Shown here one piece after another: positions 11,231 through 21,604 of a DNA stretch of 42,544 nt. The DNA is from Octopus sinensis. Taxonomy: Eukaryota. The stretch lies in NCBI RefSeq assembly GCF_006345805.1, contig NW_021835124.1, positions 1 to 42,544 of the forward strand, given 5' to 3'. The stretch's first letter is position 1; each line of letters starts with the position of its first letter. A model generated the notes under the pieces. It searched no databases. It had not been told where the DNA came from and was given only the letters and a program-made list of their open reading frames with translations. A program made the translations under genes and the position numbers.

Positions 11231-11934
11231 TTCGCAGTTTAACTTGTAATAAGAACCGTCGCTCTAGAAATAATATTCATCATTTACGAAATTACTTTAA
11301 GCCTGCATTTTTAAAGATTTTTTCCGAGATATCATTTTGATATACATTTTTCCTCCAGATGTATAGTTCAAATGTTACAACATTCGGCTGTGTTAATATT
11401 ATATACATTTAAATTTTGACCTCCGATCACGAGTAACAGTGAAGTAAGTTGAGAAGACGCCATTAATGTTCAGCTTATAACTGTAACGGGCCGAAAGAAT
11501 TTTCGATAGAGATTATGTTAAAGGATGGAAGAAATGAACGTGGTGATTAGTGTAGTGGCTAAAAAAATGAGTCAGGCGAGCGTGACTGGGTGGTTTGGGA
11601 GTATTCAGCTCGCGAAATGCACGCAATAACTGCGGAAATAAAGATGCAATGCAATTTTCTTAAAAGGCAGGTGAATGTTGCGCGAATGTTCCAACTGAAC
11701 GGGACTTATACCTTTCTTGCTAAGTGTCTTCTCAACACCTAGGGTAGAGAAGCTCATTGTATACATTTGTACGTCATGAAAATTAAACACACCAGATTGT
11801 TCATTTACAAAGTCATGTGATGGAAAATTAGAAGAAAGAGAGAAAAAGGAAACAAGAAAATGAGGGAAAAGGAAGAAAGGATAAAGAATATGAAGGAGAA
11901 AAAGGAAAGAAAATTCGCAGCGACGATGCTCTTC

Positions 11935-12915
11935 TCGGTATGTATGACGTACCAGTTAAGACAATATTTTGCACTTCCTGCATGGATGGTAAGCCAGGGA
12001 TCTTTCTTTAAAATTTTTCAATTCCATTTTTGATTATTCCAAGTGCTCCTACAATTACTGGTATTGTAACCGTTTTGAGATATCACTTTTTTTCGATTTC
12101 AGTCAACAAATCTTTAAGTTCTGAGCTTATCAAATTTTTTTGCCGAGGTATTATGATCACAAGGTATGCTGATGTCAATCAATATACAGACCTTATCGTT
12201 TTGGTTTTTCACAGCAATATCTAGTTTATTAGCTTGGAAGGTCTGGTCAGTATGCGCTGGAACGAGGGAACTAATTTGGGATTTATCTTTACCATAAAGT
12301 TTGAGATTATCCATGAATAACAAGTGGTTGACTTTTTGTTGGCGGCTTTTGAATACATACCTAGCCTTTACCTTCCACAGAATCAGTGTTAGTGGTATCA
12401 TGCACAGTACAAAGATCATTAGGGAGTAGGCAGTCCCATTGGAAGATGCTTCTCCTGATTTATATTGTCCCTATGCTGTCAGTTCCGTCTTCCACTTCAC
12501 CAAACTTTTTCCAAGCACTCTCTCAACATTCGATGCAATACCAAATAGGTTCATACATTCCATAATCCAAGAATGTGGGATCATATCGTACGCCTTATGA
12601 TAATCGCTCCACGACTTGGCTAAGTTAGCATTCCTCCTCTTGCAGTCTCTAAGTACGGTTTTATCTAACAGGAGTTGATCCTCGGTACCTCTGCACTAAC
12701 GCTTGCAACCCCTCTTCTCATGTAGCAGGATTCTATTTTTATGTTCCAGACATCCGTACATTGACTCTGCTAATATTCCAGTCAATAATTTCCACATAAG
12801 TGTCAAGTACGTTATCGGCGTGTAATTGTCTACTATATTGTGTTTTTCAATGTTTTTGGAGCACAGCGCAGTCCTAATAATTGTCAACCACTCTGGTGTT
12901 ACTTGGCCGATATTT
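11935..12915 (-). mobile_element. R4/Dong-like RLE LINE: RT core joined to restriction-like endonuclease domain (decayed)
   Basis: [25 protein letters not shown] (RT motifs); ANKLDI..LIDISIPCD..IPVIVGALG (RLE). Confidence 0.88.
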
Positions 12916-12919
12916 AACA

Positions 12920-13337
12920 GGCGCAGGAGTGGCTGTGTGGTAAGTAGCTTGCTTACCAGTCACATGGTTCCGGGTTCAGTCCCACTGCGTGGCACTTTGG
13001 GCGAGTGTCTTATACTATAGCCTCGGGCCGACCAAAACCTTGTGAGTGGATTTGGTAGACGGAAACTGAAAGAAGCCCGTCGTATATATGTATATGTATA
13101 TGTGTGTGTGTGTGTGTGTGTGCTTGTGTGTCTCTGTTTGTCCCCACCCCCAACATCACTTGACAACCGATGCTAGTGTGTTTACGTCCCCGTAACTTAG
13201 CTGTTCGGCAAAAGAGACCGATAAAATAAGTACTAGGCTTACAAAGAATAAGTCCTTGGGTCGATTTGCTCAACTAAAGGCGGTGCTCCAACATGGCAGG
13301 AGTCACGTCACTGAAACAAGTAAAGAAAAAGAGTAAG
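12920..13337 (+). mobile_element. SINE family A, full length, inserted antisense into the R4-like LINE
   Basis: Complete head to 'gaaacaagtaaagaaaaagagtaag'; the LINE reading continues on both sides. Confidence 0.92.
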
Positions 13338-13801
13338 GTGTTGAGTTGAGCAGCTATTCGTGCATAGCATTCACCAAATCTTTTGATCCAGTAGCCTTTA
13401 ACTCCATCTGGTCCCGGGGCCTTCCAGTTGCCCATTTTTGTTTATTGCTGATTTCCTTCACTTACCTCGCTGAAATGACTAGTTCCGCCTGTTTTGGACA
13501 GACTACTGTTTGTTTGAGTTCTTGCAACAAATTCAGCATCCTTCTGGTGCTCCTTATCTTTGCTCCAGATTTCACTCCAAAATCTTTGGCTTTCATTATT
13601 ATCTGGTATTAATTTTTCATCCGTATACTCTCCATTTATTTCTTTATAGAATCTCTTCTGATCTACTCTGAATAACCTGTTCTACTTGTATCACTTCATT
13701 CTTTGTCGTATCTTACCATCTTTGCTTTCTTTTCGGTTCCTCAATTACTGTTTCGGTTCCTCAATTACCATTTTCAGGTTTCAGGCCCTTTCTTTCAATA
13801 T
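13338..13801 (-). mobile_element. R4/Dong-like LINE, pre-RT region (same insertion as 11935-12915)
   Basis: LFRVDQKRFYKEING..FWSEIW..GNWKAPGPDGVKGYWIK on the minus strand. Confidence 0.85.
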
Positions 13802-13803
13802 TC

Positions 13804-14023
13804 TACTTCTGCTTGTGATCAGAGATGCACATATCGTCAACCACTAAGGGACATGCTCAACTGGCTATGGTCAAACAACTGATGAGCATATCTTTGGTAT
13901 TGAACAGAATATTTTCTGTAACCCATCTTTTATACCAAGACAAAACAATGTACATAATAACACTTCCAATCAGTTAAGACCAGCAGTCAAGAGAGCCACT
14001 GCCTGGTACTGCATCAGGGCATT
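13804..14023 (-). mobile_element. Element E, 5' 220 nt
   Basis: Matches 42010-42233 and the reverse of 17092-17300; begins 'aatgccctgatgcagtacc' next to an (AAT) run. Confidence 0.85.
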
Positions 14024-14315
14024 CATTATTATTACATCTGTGATATAAAAAGGTATTACAAAAGGAGAAAGGGGCTCTCTACCCACCTTTTGACCAGGCT
14101 CCCGTGTCTTTTATGGGTTTTCCCACGAGTAACCTTTCGAAGCGCCTCCCCCTATTGGGAATTTTAATTGTTAAATATTTTCGTTGTTATCTCTGGATTG
14201 TTTACACGGATTTTTGAAAACGGACATAACCCTTTGTAACTTTCGTCCTGTGTTTTATACCTAAATGTTATAATTGATTTTTGTCAGCCCCTGTGGCCAA
14301 TAAACGAATTAATTC

Positions 14316-14319
<4 letters not shown>

Positions 14320-14373
<54 letters not shown>
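14320..14373. repeat. (ATT)n microsatellite, 3' tail/target of the adjacent LINE
   Basis: Seen directly. Confidence 0.95.
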
Positions 14374-14374
<1 letters not shown>

Positions 14375-14987
14375 TATGTTTGAGTTTTGCTTTATATTTG
14401 TACAAGTTGGCTCCAAGTCTCACCCAGAGACCTCAAGAGACAACAGGTTGGAAGTTCATGTTGTCGTTATGCCTAGTGTGCCATATATTGGGGGGGGGGT
14501 TGTACTAATGAATGTCTAAAAAAAAACGAAAATTATGTTTGTTTTAAACCTTGAGATTACATAGAAAGTATTTTGCGTAGGATATGAGCAGTTCCCATGA
14601 GCACTATCTTTTGAATTTCTGCCATTTGGGGTTTCCTGGTATCTGAGTTAGGTAGCTATCAGCCCCTTTGCTATCATTCCCAGGGCACCTATGACAACAG
14701 GTATTGTTTTAGTCTTCAGGTTCCACATTTTGCTGATTTCTATTTCAGATCTTTATATTGCTCAGTTTTTGGTAGGTCTTGACAGATACGTTTATATCGA
14801 TTGGGACAGTCATATCAATGAGAAGGCATGTTCTTTGTTTGAAGTCTTTCAATATGATGTCTGGCATATTTGCATCTATCTTCCTGTCAGTTGAATGGGG
14901 AAGTTCCAGAGGAGTGAGATGTGGTCATTTTCAAGCACTGGGGGTGGTTTGTGTTCCCACCAGTTTTTTCATGGGGCAAATCCAGGT
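14374..14987 (-). mobile_element. R4/Dong-like LINE 3' end (RLE domain plus 3' UTR) inside (AAT)n
   Basis: WWEHKPPPVLEND..DANMPDIILKD..LIDMTVP..IPVVIGALG..GTAHILRKILSM*; (ATT)n on both flanks. Confidence 0.9.
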
Positions 14988-15007
14988 ATTATTATTATTA
15001 TTATTAA

Positions 15008-15049
<42 letters not shown>

Positions 15050-15081
15050 CATTATTATCATTATTATTACTATCATCATCA

Positions 15082-15126
<45 letters not shown>

Positions 15127-15133
15127 TATTATT
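14988..15133. repeat. (ATT)n/(ATC)n microsatellite
   Basis: Seen directly. Confidence 0.95.
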
Positions 15134-15135
15134 AT

Positions 15136-15310
15136 GAGCTGTCAGAATCGTTAGCATGTCAAACACAATACTAAGTGGCATTTCTCCTAGTTTTGGCTTT
15201 TGAGTTCAAAGTTACCGAGGTCGAATTTTCCTTTCGACGTTTCGGGTCGATAAAAATAATAATTGTTGAGCATCGGGCTCGGTAATAGACTATACACTCG
15301 TTCCACAAAA
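15136..15310 (+). mobile_element. Degenerate SINE family B'
   Basis: 'gagctgtcagaatcgttagcatg...gagttcaaag..ccgaggtcga'. Confidence 0.7.
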
Positions 15311-15809
15311 TATATTACATTTTCTGTCAACAGTATTACCAGCTATTCTTCACAGTAAAGCAACACTTGTATTTTCAAAAAGGAGTCTTCGGCAACAGTC
15401 TTTTTTTTATTACGAATTACATGACCGGAAAATGATATCTGTTCTATTTTGGTATCGCATAATCTTACTGATTATTGATGTTCAGTTGCTCTCTGCAGCT
15501 GTGCCAATGATATTGCATCGATGTTGCACCACTGACTGCAATAACGATTTCTTAACATTATTACAAGGTCACAATTTTTGTAGAGTTGATGAAACATACA
15601 TGACAGCAACAACGCAAAAAGTCGGTGCTTCACTCTCTTGTTAGTGCTGAAGGTTTTTGCTGTTTTTGTTTTTTCTGTTTTTTCTCAACAGTTTGATTTC
15701 GCGAAATGGGCTTTTAACATTCGTTTTGTGCAAATGGAAATCTATTTCTACTATATTATTAATGATGATGATGATGATGATGATCATCATCATCATCATC
15801 ATCATCATC

Positions 15810-15849
<40 letters not shown>

Positions 15850-15850
<1 letters not shown>

Positions 15851-16350
15851 TGTTTTGTCTTGGTATAAATTGTTTTGCCTTGGTATAAAAGATGGGCTAC
15901 AGCAAATATTCTGCTCAATACCACAGATTTGCTTGACAGTTGTTTGACTTTAACCAGTTGAGCATGTCCCTTAGTGGCTGACGATATGTGTATCTCTGAT
16001 CTCGAGCAGAAGTAGTGGGGGAGCATCGTAGCCATGTGTTGAGAGGGATTCTTTAGGGTTTGAATAATTCACCTCTGGAAACATGGGTGGTTCTTTCAAC
16101 ATCCTTAAAAAACCCTTATTCAGGGACCGTTTGAGCGGGATGGGCTACTCAACCTGAAGAAAATTCTAACTGGGCCCCACCTGCAAGGTCATGTGCTGTT
16201 TATCTGGATATGAGATCACCATGTCGCGCACATATGGTTGTGATGCATGTGCCTGGTGTACCCTTATCAGACGGGTAGTCATGATGGGTATATTGGGCTT
16301 CGTATATTTTACCCCAGTGTCACTTGATGGCATGCACTGCTCTCTCACTC
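15850..16350 (+). mobile_element. Element E, 5'-truncated, (AAT)n tail
   Basis: Near-identical to 17150-17634; ends 'ctctctcactc' followed by (AAT)n; 20-bp 5' duplication. Confidence 0.9.
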
Positions 16351-16376
16351 AATAATAATAACAATAATAATAATAT

Positions 16377-16414
<38 letters not shown>

Positions 16415-16415
<1 letters not shown>

Positions 16416-16765
16416 CTAAAACAATACCTGTTGTCATAGGTGCCCAAGGAATGATAGCAAAAGGAGCTGATTGCTACTTAACTCAGATACCAGGAAACCC
16501 CAAAATGGCAGAAATTCAAAAGATAGTGCTCATGGGAACTGCCCATATCCTACGCAAAATACTTTCTTTGTAATCTCAAGTTTTTAAACTAACATAATTT
16601 TCGTATGTTTTTTTTTTGGCATTCACTAGTACAACACTAAGTACAAAACCAAATATATGGCACCCTAGGCATAACACCAACATAAACTTCCAACTTGTTG
16701 TCTCTTGAGGTCTCTGGGTGAGACTGGAACCAGCTTGTGCAAATGTAAGCAAAAGTGAAACATAC
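16415..16765 (+). mobile_element. R4/Dong-like LINE 3' end inside (AAT)n
   Basis: Inverted near-copy of 14374-14725 (TIPVVIGA..GTAHILRKILS); (AAT)n on both flanks. Confidence 0.9.
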
Positions 16766-16873
16766 AATAATAATAATAATAATTAATAATAATAATAATA
16801 ATATTAAGGGGAAATAATAATAATAATAATAATAAAATAATAAATAATAATAATAATAATAATAATAATTATG

Positions 16874-16917
<44 letters not shown>

Positions 16918-16921
16918 TATG

Positions 16922-16976
<55 letters not shown>
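16766..16976. repeat. (AAT)n microsatellite
   Basis: Seen directly. Confidence 0.95.
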
Positions 16977-17634
16977 GTACCAGGCAGTGGCTCTCATGGG
17001 TACCAGGCAGTGGCTCTCATGGGTACCAGGCAGTGGCTCTCATAAGTACCAGGCAGTGGCTCTCATGGGTACCAGGCAGTGGCTCTCATGAGTACCAGGC
17101 AGTGGCTCTCATGGCTTCTGATCTTAACTGATTGGAAGTGTTATCATGTACATTGTTTTGTCTTGGTATAAAAGATGGGCTACAGCAAATATTCTGCTCA
17201 ATACCACAGATTTGCTTGTCAGTTGTTTGACCTTAACCAGTTGAGCATGTCCCTTAGTGGCTGATGATATGTGCATCTCTGATCACGAGCAGATGTAGTG
17301 GGGGAGCATCATAGCCATGTGTTGAGAAGGATTCTTTGGGGTTTGAATAATTCACCTCTGGAAACATGGGTTTCGTCGTTCAACGTCCTTAAATAACCCT
17401 TATTCAGGGACCTTTTGAGCGGGATGGGTTACTCGATCTGAAGAAAATTCTAACTGGGCTCACCTGCAAGGTCATGTGCTGTTTATCTTGATATGAGATC
17501 ACCATGTCGCGCACATATGGTTGTGATGCATGTGCCTGGTGTACCCTTATCAGACGGGTAGTCATGATGGGTATACTGGGCTTCGTATATTTTACCCCAG
17601 TGTCACTTTGATGGCATGCTCTGCTCGCTCACTC
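16977..17634 (+). mobile_element. Element E, near full length, with six tandem 23-mers at the 5' end
   Basis: (gtaccaggcagtggctctcatgg)x6 at 16977-17114, then the E body and an (AAT)n tail. Confidence 0.9.
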
Positions 17635-17660
17635 AATAATAATAATAATATTAATAATAA

Positions 17661-17941
17661 TTAACTGGTACATCACACGTATTAACTGGTACATCACACG
17701 TATTTAACTGGTACATCACACGTATTTAACTGGTACATCACACGTATTGAGAAGAGCATTGTCGATGTGAGAACTGTTGCTGCTCATGTATTTTAATTTA
17801 ACTTTTAAAAAAAAAAAAAATGAACGAACAACTGAGTTTGGTTTAATGGCCTACCAATATACACTATGAGTTTCTTTGCCCTAGGAATCGGGAAGACACT
17901 CGGCAAGAAATGGAAGAAAATTTGAAAGAAGAAAAAAAAAA

Positions 17942-17942
<1 letters not shown>
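17661..17942 (+). mobile_element. R4/Dong-like LINE extreme 3' end, second subfamily, with 4x 21-22-mer at the 5' end
   Basis: Codes LTGTSHVLRRALSM* (compare GTAHILRKILSM*); (AAT) runs on both flanks. Confidence 0.75.
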
Positions 17943-17992
<50 letters not shown>

Positions 17993-18028
17993 GTGATGAT
18001 AATGATGATGATGATGATGATGATGATG

Positions 18029-18242
18029 ATCCTTTCTCTTATACGCACAAGGCCTGAAATTTTTGGGTAGGAGACTAGTCGATTAAATCGACCCCAATGT
18101 TTCACTGGTACGTAATTTATCGACTCCGAAAAGATGAAAGGTAAAGTCTACCTCGGCGGAAGTTGAACTCAGAACGTGCAGATGGGCGTAATGCTGCTAA
18201 GTATTTTGCTCGGCGTGCTAAAGATTCTGCCAGCTCGCCGCC
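18029..18242 (-). mobile_element. SINE family B'
   Basis: Ends 'ctgccagctcgccgcc' (reverse head); (GAT)n tail. Confidence 0.88.
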
Positions 18243-18279
18243 TTTATAGTAATTGTTCTCGAATGATATTTCTGTGTTA

Positions 18280-19085
18280 AACCGAAAAGAGAAGGGGAAG
18301 CTTAAAAGCGAACAAAAATACAGGGCAGTGAACAGGAAGTATGATATTGAAAGAAGGGGCCTGAAAGTAGTAATGGAGGACCCGAAACAGTACCTCGTTG
18401 CAAAGAAAGCGGCCACATACTGCGAGGATGATATTCCAAACACTGGATTGAAGATTGCAAAGATAAAGTACTGTACAAACACTTGAGAATGAATGAAAAT
18501 GTGGAGAAAATGGTGAAACCGTATGGCATATTACCAGTTAATGTACATTACTAGCCCAGAAAGAATATAAGAGAGGCCATGACAATATAGCAAGGATTGT
18601 CCATTGGACACTTTGCAACAAGTATGGACTTGACAGAACAAAAAAGTGGTACGAATATGAACCCGAATGCATCATCGAAAATGATAATGTGAAAATCCTA
18701 TGCGATTTTATGATTCAGTGCAACCATAAGATAGAGAATAGGAAACCAGACATAGTGTTAATAGAGAAAAAAGTAAACTATGCTGGATCATAGATATAGC
18801 ATGCTCAGCTGACAACAAGGTAAGCGATAAGGAAGAAAGAAAATTCGATAGATATAACAGGTTAGCTTGGGAAGTTAAGCGGTTGTGGTCGCTGAAAAGT
18901 GGGGTAGTAGTACCAATAATTATCGGTGTCCTGGGAACAGTGAGTACGAATCTTGAGAAATACACGGAATAAATAGTGGCTGCAATAATGGTGGAGCACT
19001 TGCAGAAAACAGCACTGCTTGGAACCGCTCGAATACTCCGGATGGCGCTCGAAAAATAAGGGGTGTTACCTTATTTCACTGGTAG
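18280..19085 (+). mobile_element. R4/Dong-like LINE with large internal deletion (pre-RT region joined to zinc knuckle and RLE)
   Basis: KYDIERRGLKVVMEDPKQ; then ETVWHITS.C, HDNIARIVHW, NRKPDIVL, WIIDIAC, VPIIIGVLG, LGTARILR. Confidence 0.88.
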
Positions 19086-19138
19086 TGATCAGCTGGGACC
19101 CTAGTACATCTCCAGCGATAGAAGCTGTACAAAGACAA

Positions 19139-19139
<1 letters not shown>

Positions 19140-19198
<59 letters not shown>

Positions 19199-19225
19199 CA
19201 GCAGCAGCAGCTGCAGCAGTAGTAA
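19140..19225. repeat. (AGT)n/(GCA)n microsatellite
   Basis: Seen directly. Confidence 0.95.
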
Positions 19226-19241
19226 TAATGGTGAAAATAAT

Positions 19242-19276
19242 AATGCCCTGATGCAGTACCAGGCAGTGGCTCTCAT
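19242..19276 (+). mobile_element. Element E 5'-terminal fragment
   Basis: 'aataataatgccctgatgcagtaccaggcagtggctctcat', same start point as the 14023 copy. Confidence 0.75.
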
Positions 19277-19371
19277 CAGACCGCTTGCTATGAAGGGTAT
19301 CTAGCACTCAATACAGGGGGTCCCACCTCCCTGCAATCAGGCATGAAGAGGCTCCCTTTCAATATTGCGTA

Positions 19372-20647
19372 TATTGGGTCATCCCATAAATAACGCAATT
19401 TTTTCAATTGCATTAACTAAAAGTCGGAGGAAGAAGGGATAAACTACCTGCATCAACTTGCTATAAAAAAGGTAGTAATTTTACTTCGTCCTTATTCTTA
19501 GTGCAAGTTTTGAAGAGTGCAGTTCGATTTTAACAATTAGTTTTTCAAAGCGATAATGGAAGTGACAAAGGAGCATATTCGGCATATTTTGCTTTATGAG
19601 TTCAATAAAGGCAACAACGCAACTGTAAGTGCGATGAATATTAATGCAGTATATGGAGATCGGACAGTAAGCATAAGCCAGTGTCAACGGCAGTTCCAGA
19701 ATTTCCGATCCGGAAACTACAGCTTAGAAGACAAGCTTCGTCCTGGAAGATCTGTAGAACTCGACGAGGACGTCCTACCAAACCTGGTGGAACAAAATCC
19801 CATCGTATCTGTTGAGGAACGAGCAGAGGAGCTTGGATTTGGTCGTTCAACCATTCATCGACACGTGCATGCCATCGGCAAAGTCAGCAAATTGGGTCAG
19901 CGGGTTCCTCACAAACTTCCCGAGTCTAATCGCACGCAGAGAGTGAATATGCGATCTTCATTGCTGTTACGTCTCAAGAGTGAACCATTTTTTGATCGAA
20001 TAGTGACTGGTGACGAGAAATGGGCTCCCTATAAAAATGTCAAACGCCGGAGACAGTGGTTAGGGAAAGGAGAAACACCGGCATCCCAGGCTAAAGAAGG
20101 TCTTCAATCACATAAGATTTTATCTGTTTGGTGGGATATGAAAGGTTTAGTCCACTTTGAACTTTTAAACCCAAAACAAGCGATAACAAAGGAGATCTAC
20201 TGCAAGAAGCTTGAGTGGCTTAAGTCAGCACCAGAAGAAAAACAGCCATCTTTGATTTCAAGACGAAAGGTGTTCTTTCATCAGGATATTACTCGGCCAC
20301 ATACTGCGAGGATGATATACCAAACGCTGGAGCAGTTTGAATGGGAATTGAGACTCCACCAACCATATTCACCGGACATTGCCCCATCTGAATATCATTT
20401 ATTCCGCAGTCTTCAAAATCATCTGGACGGGAAAATTATGAAGTCTATAGACGACGTCAGAACTGTACTGGAGGTGTATTTTTCGTCACGGACAAGCGCA
20501 TTTTGGAAGAGGGGCCTTGGAAAATAAATGGAAGGACATTGTAGAAAATGAAGAAGAGTAACTTTTAGATTAAAAATGAATTTGTTTATCTTAATTTTGA
20601 AAAATAAAAGAATAAAAAACCGAATTATTTACGGGATAATCCAAATA
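19372..20647 (+). mobile_element. Full-length mariner transposon (~1.28 kb)
   Basis: Imperfect ~32-bp TIRs tattgggtcatcccataaataacg / ttatttacgggataatccaaata; TA flanks; transposase ORF inside. Confidence 0.92.
19556..20527 (+). CDS. Mariner transposase, 323 aa, C-terminal frameshift, probably inactive
   Basis: HTH N-terminus (EHIRHILLYEF, mellifera-like), RVPHKL (WVPHEL motif), IVTGDEKW, HQDITRPH, YSPDIAPSEYHLF. Confidence 0.9.
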   Translation: MEVTKEHIRHILLYEFNKGNNATVSAMNINAVYGDRTVSISQCQRQFQNFRSGNYSLEDKLRPGRSVELDEDVLPNLVEQNPIVSVEERAEELGFGRSTIHRHVHAIGKVSKLGQRVPHKLPESNRTQRVNMRSSLLLRLKSEPFFDRIVTGDEKWAPYKNVKRRRQWLGKGETPASQAKEGLQSHKILSVWWDMKGLVHFELLNPKQAITKEIYCKKLEWLKSAPEEKQPSLISRRKVFFHQDITRPHTARMIYQTLEQFEWELRLHQPYSPDIAPSEYHLFRSLQNHLDGKIMKSIDDVRTVLEVYFSSRTSAFWKRGLGK

Positions 20648-20741
20648 TATTCAAACGTTTCATTAAATCGAACCTGTTCCTACTTTTTCGTATGTTTTTC
20701 TTCTGTCTAACACTTGGAATTACTATATGGAAGTGGAAAAT

Positions 20742-20970
20742 GCGGCGAGCTGGCAGAATCGTTAGCACACCGGGCGAAATGCGTTGCCGTATTTCGTCTG
20801 CCGTTACGTTCCGAGTTCAAATTCCGCCGAGGTCAATTTGTCTTTCATCCTTTCGGGGTCGATAAATTAAGTACCAGTTACACACTGGAGTCGATGTAAT
20901 CGACTTAATCCCTTTGTCTGTCCTTGTTTGTCCCCTCTGTGTTTATCCCCTTGTGGGTAGTAAAGAAATA
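20742..20970 (+). mobile_element. SINE family B, full length
   Basis: 13-bp TSD 'tatatggaagtgg' at 20724-20736 and 20971-20983. Confidence 0.92.
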
Positions 20971-21120
20971 TATATGGAAGTGGGACAAAATTAGTAACTG
21001 GGTCAAAATAAATAATTTTTATTTTCTCTCATTTTGTACCATTGCATCATCTTTGGGAGTAAAATTTTGTCAGTAAAGGTTACATAGCTAGGAGAAAAAA
21101 TTGCTCAGTATAGTTTACAT

Positions 21121-21230
21121 CAGGGGTTCTCAACCGGGGACCATACAAAATTTCTGAAGGTCCACATATGAAATGCAGCAAATTGGCGGTCCACAATAAT
21201 TTTTCAGGGACCATGAAAAATTGTGCTTTA
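21121..21230 (+). mobile_element. hAT MITE left-end fragment
   Basis: 'caggggttctcaaccgggg' matches the TIRs at 9772 and 38667. Confidence 0.55.
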
Positions 21231-21604
21231 AACCAGTAGTTTCCAATGGGGACCCTGTAAAATGGTGCTCTGAGACTAAGGAACTTGCTTAAAAACTACC
21301 CTGAAATATGTTGCTGGGAATCCTGTCTTTACTAATTTCTTTACTACTTTACTTTTCCAAACGAGAAATAAAAAAAAAATAATATATAAAAAAAACAACA
21401 TATATCTAAGAAGTTGATTATAAAATTCCCCTGGGAAATCCCAAGAAAGATGAAAGAAATAATACTGAGAAAAAGCAACAACAACAACAACAACAGTAAC
21501 AAAATTATAAGAATACGTACGCGCTTACACACACACATACTTGGCTTTGGTATCAAAGAAAAGGGTAAGCATAGCTGGTCAGTGGTACCCAAAGTAATCA
21601 CAGT

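Noticed and set aside
16977-17114. CRISPR-like or iteron array of 23-mers
   Set aside because: No spacers; it is the reiterated 5' end of element E
17092-17170. Hammerhead or HDV-like ribozyme at the element E 5' end
   Set aside because: CTGATG is followed by C with no GAAA partner, and I could not build P1-P4 by eye; left as a test rather than a claim
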